Part shown: positions 63,585 through 64,000 of the stretch, piece after piece
Position numbering within the stretch: the first letter of the stretch is position 1
Layout: each line of letters starts with the position of its first letter
Origin: Podospora anserina
Lineage: Eukaryota
Assembly (NCBI GenBank): GCA_017654855.1
Contig: CM030336.1
Location: 4,030,001 to 4,094,000, forward strand
Length of the DNA: 64,000 nucleotides
Direction: 5' to 3'
Position numbers and translations under genes: made by a program
Notes under the pieces: model-generated
Told to the model about the DNA's origin: nothing
What the model saw: the letters and a program-made list of their open reading frames with translations, nothing else
Databases searched by the model: none

Positions 63585-64000
63585 CTCCTGGGCGGGTACC
63601 TGGAAGTGGACGGAAAAGCCACCGTCCCATCTGTCCCCGGCGTCAAACCCTATTTATTGCCCGTTGCTTGGTTTTTTGCTCTGTCATCTCTTCCTCTCGC
63701 ACAACAAACGACCAACGGCAGAATACTTCCAACTGCAGGTATTCCCAGTCACAACCTCGAGTTTCCGCTACTGATCTGCCAAACCGCTTGGTGCCAACCT
63801 ACCAATTCAAGAAACTACAAATTTGGAACAGCACCGCACAACAAAGGTACGTGCAAATATTCACCACCCTCCAGAGTTCCGACTCCAACAACTGTACAAC
63901 CCGTTCGACTCTCTGGCACCTTCCTCCCAAGATCCAGGCGCCCCTCCCTGCCCCTCTCACATATGCCCTCCTTTTCCCAACCATTACCCATGGCGCAGTC

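Overview
Gene-dense, intron-containing DNA from a filamentous ascomycete, most likely Sordariales and probably Podospora-like (inferred from the Nox1 sequence, short CTRAC-type introns and G-rich gene 3' ends). It holds about 20 protein-coding genes: a partial GH47 mannosidase, TRM10, MSH2, RPN3, TAF12, a hypothetical protein, SPC34, a DsbA/FrnE-like oxidoreductase, FIG1, a RING E3 ligase, SLD2, a UBP2-like protease, complex I 21.3 kDa subunit, glutaryl-CoA dehydrogenase, UBC4, NOX1, FEN1, a cytochrome b5/acyl-CoA dehydrogenase, SYS1, COA6, MSS4 and allantoinase. I found no rRNA, tRNA, intact transposon or CRISPR array. The main signal is a hidden gene at 32776-34760 (-) whose single 641-codon spliced frame is broken only by two in-frame TAG codons, the pattern expected of a gene that needs sexual-stage A-to-I mRNA editing (UAG to Trp). 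TRM10 and MSS4 also end in editing-type UUAG stops followed by long in-frame extensions. Exon boundaries were read by hand and family calls come from recognised motifs, not database searches.
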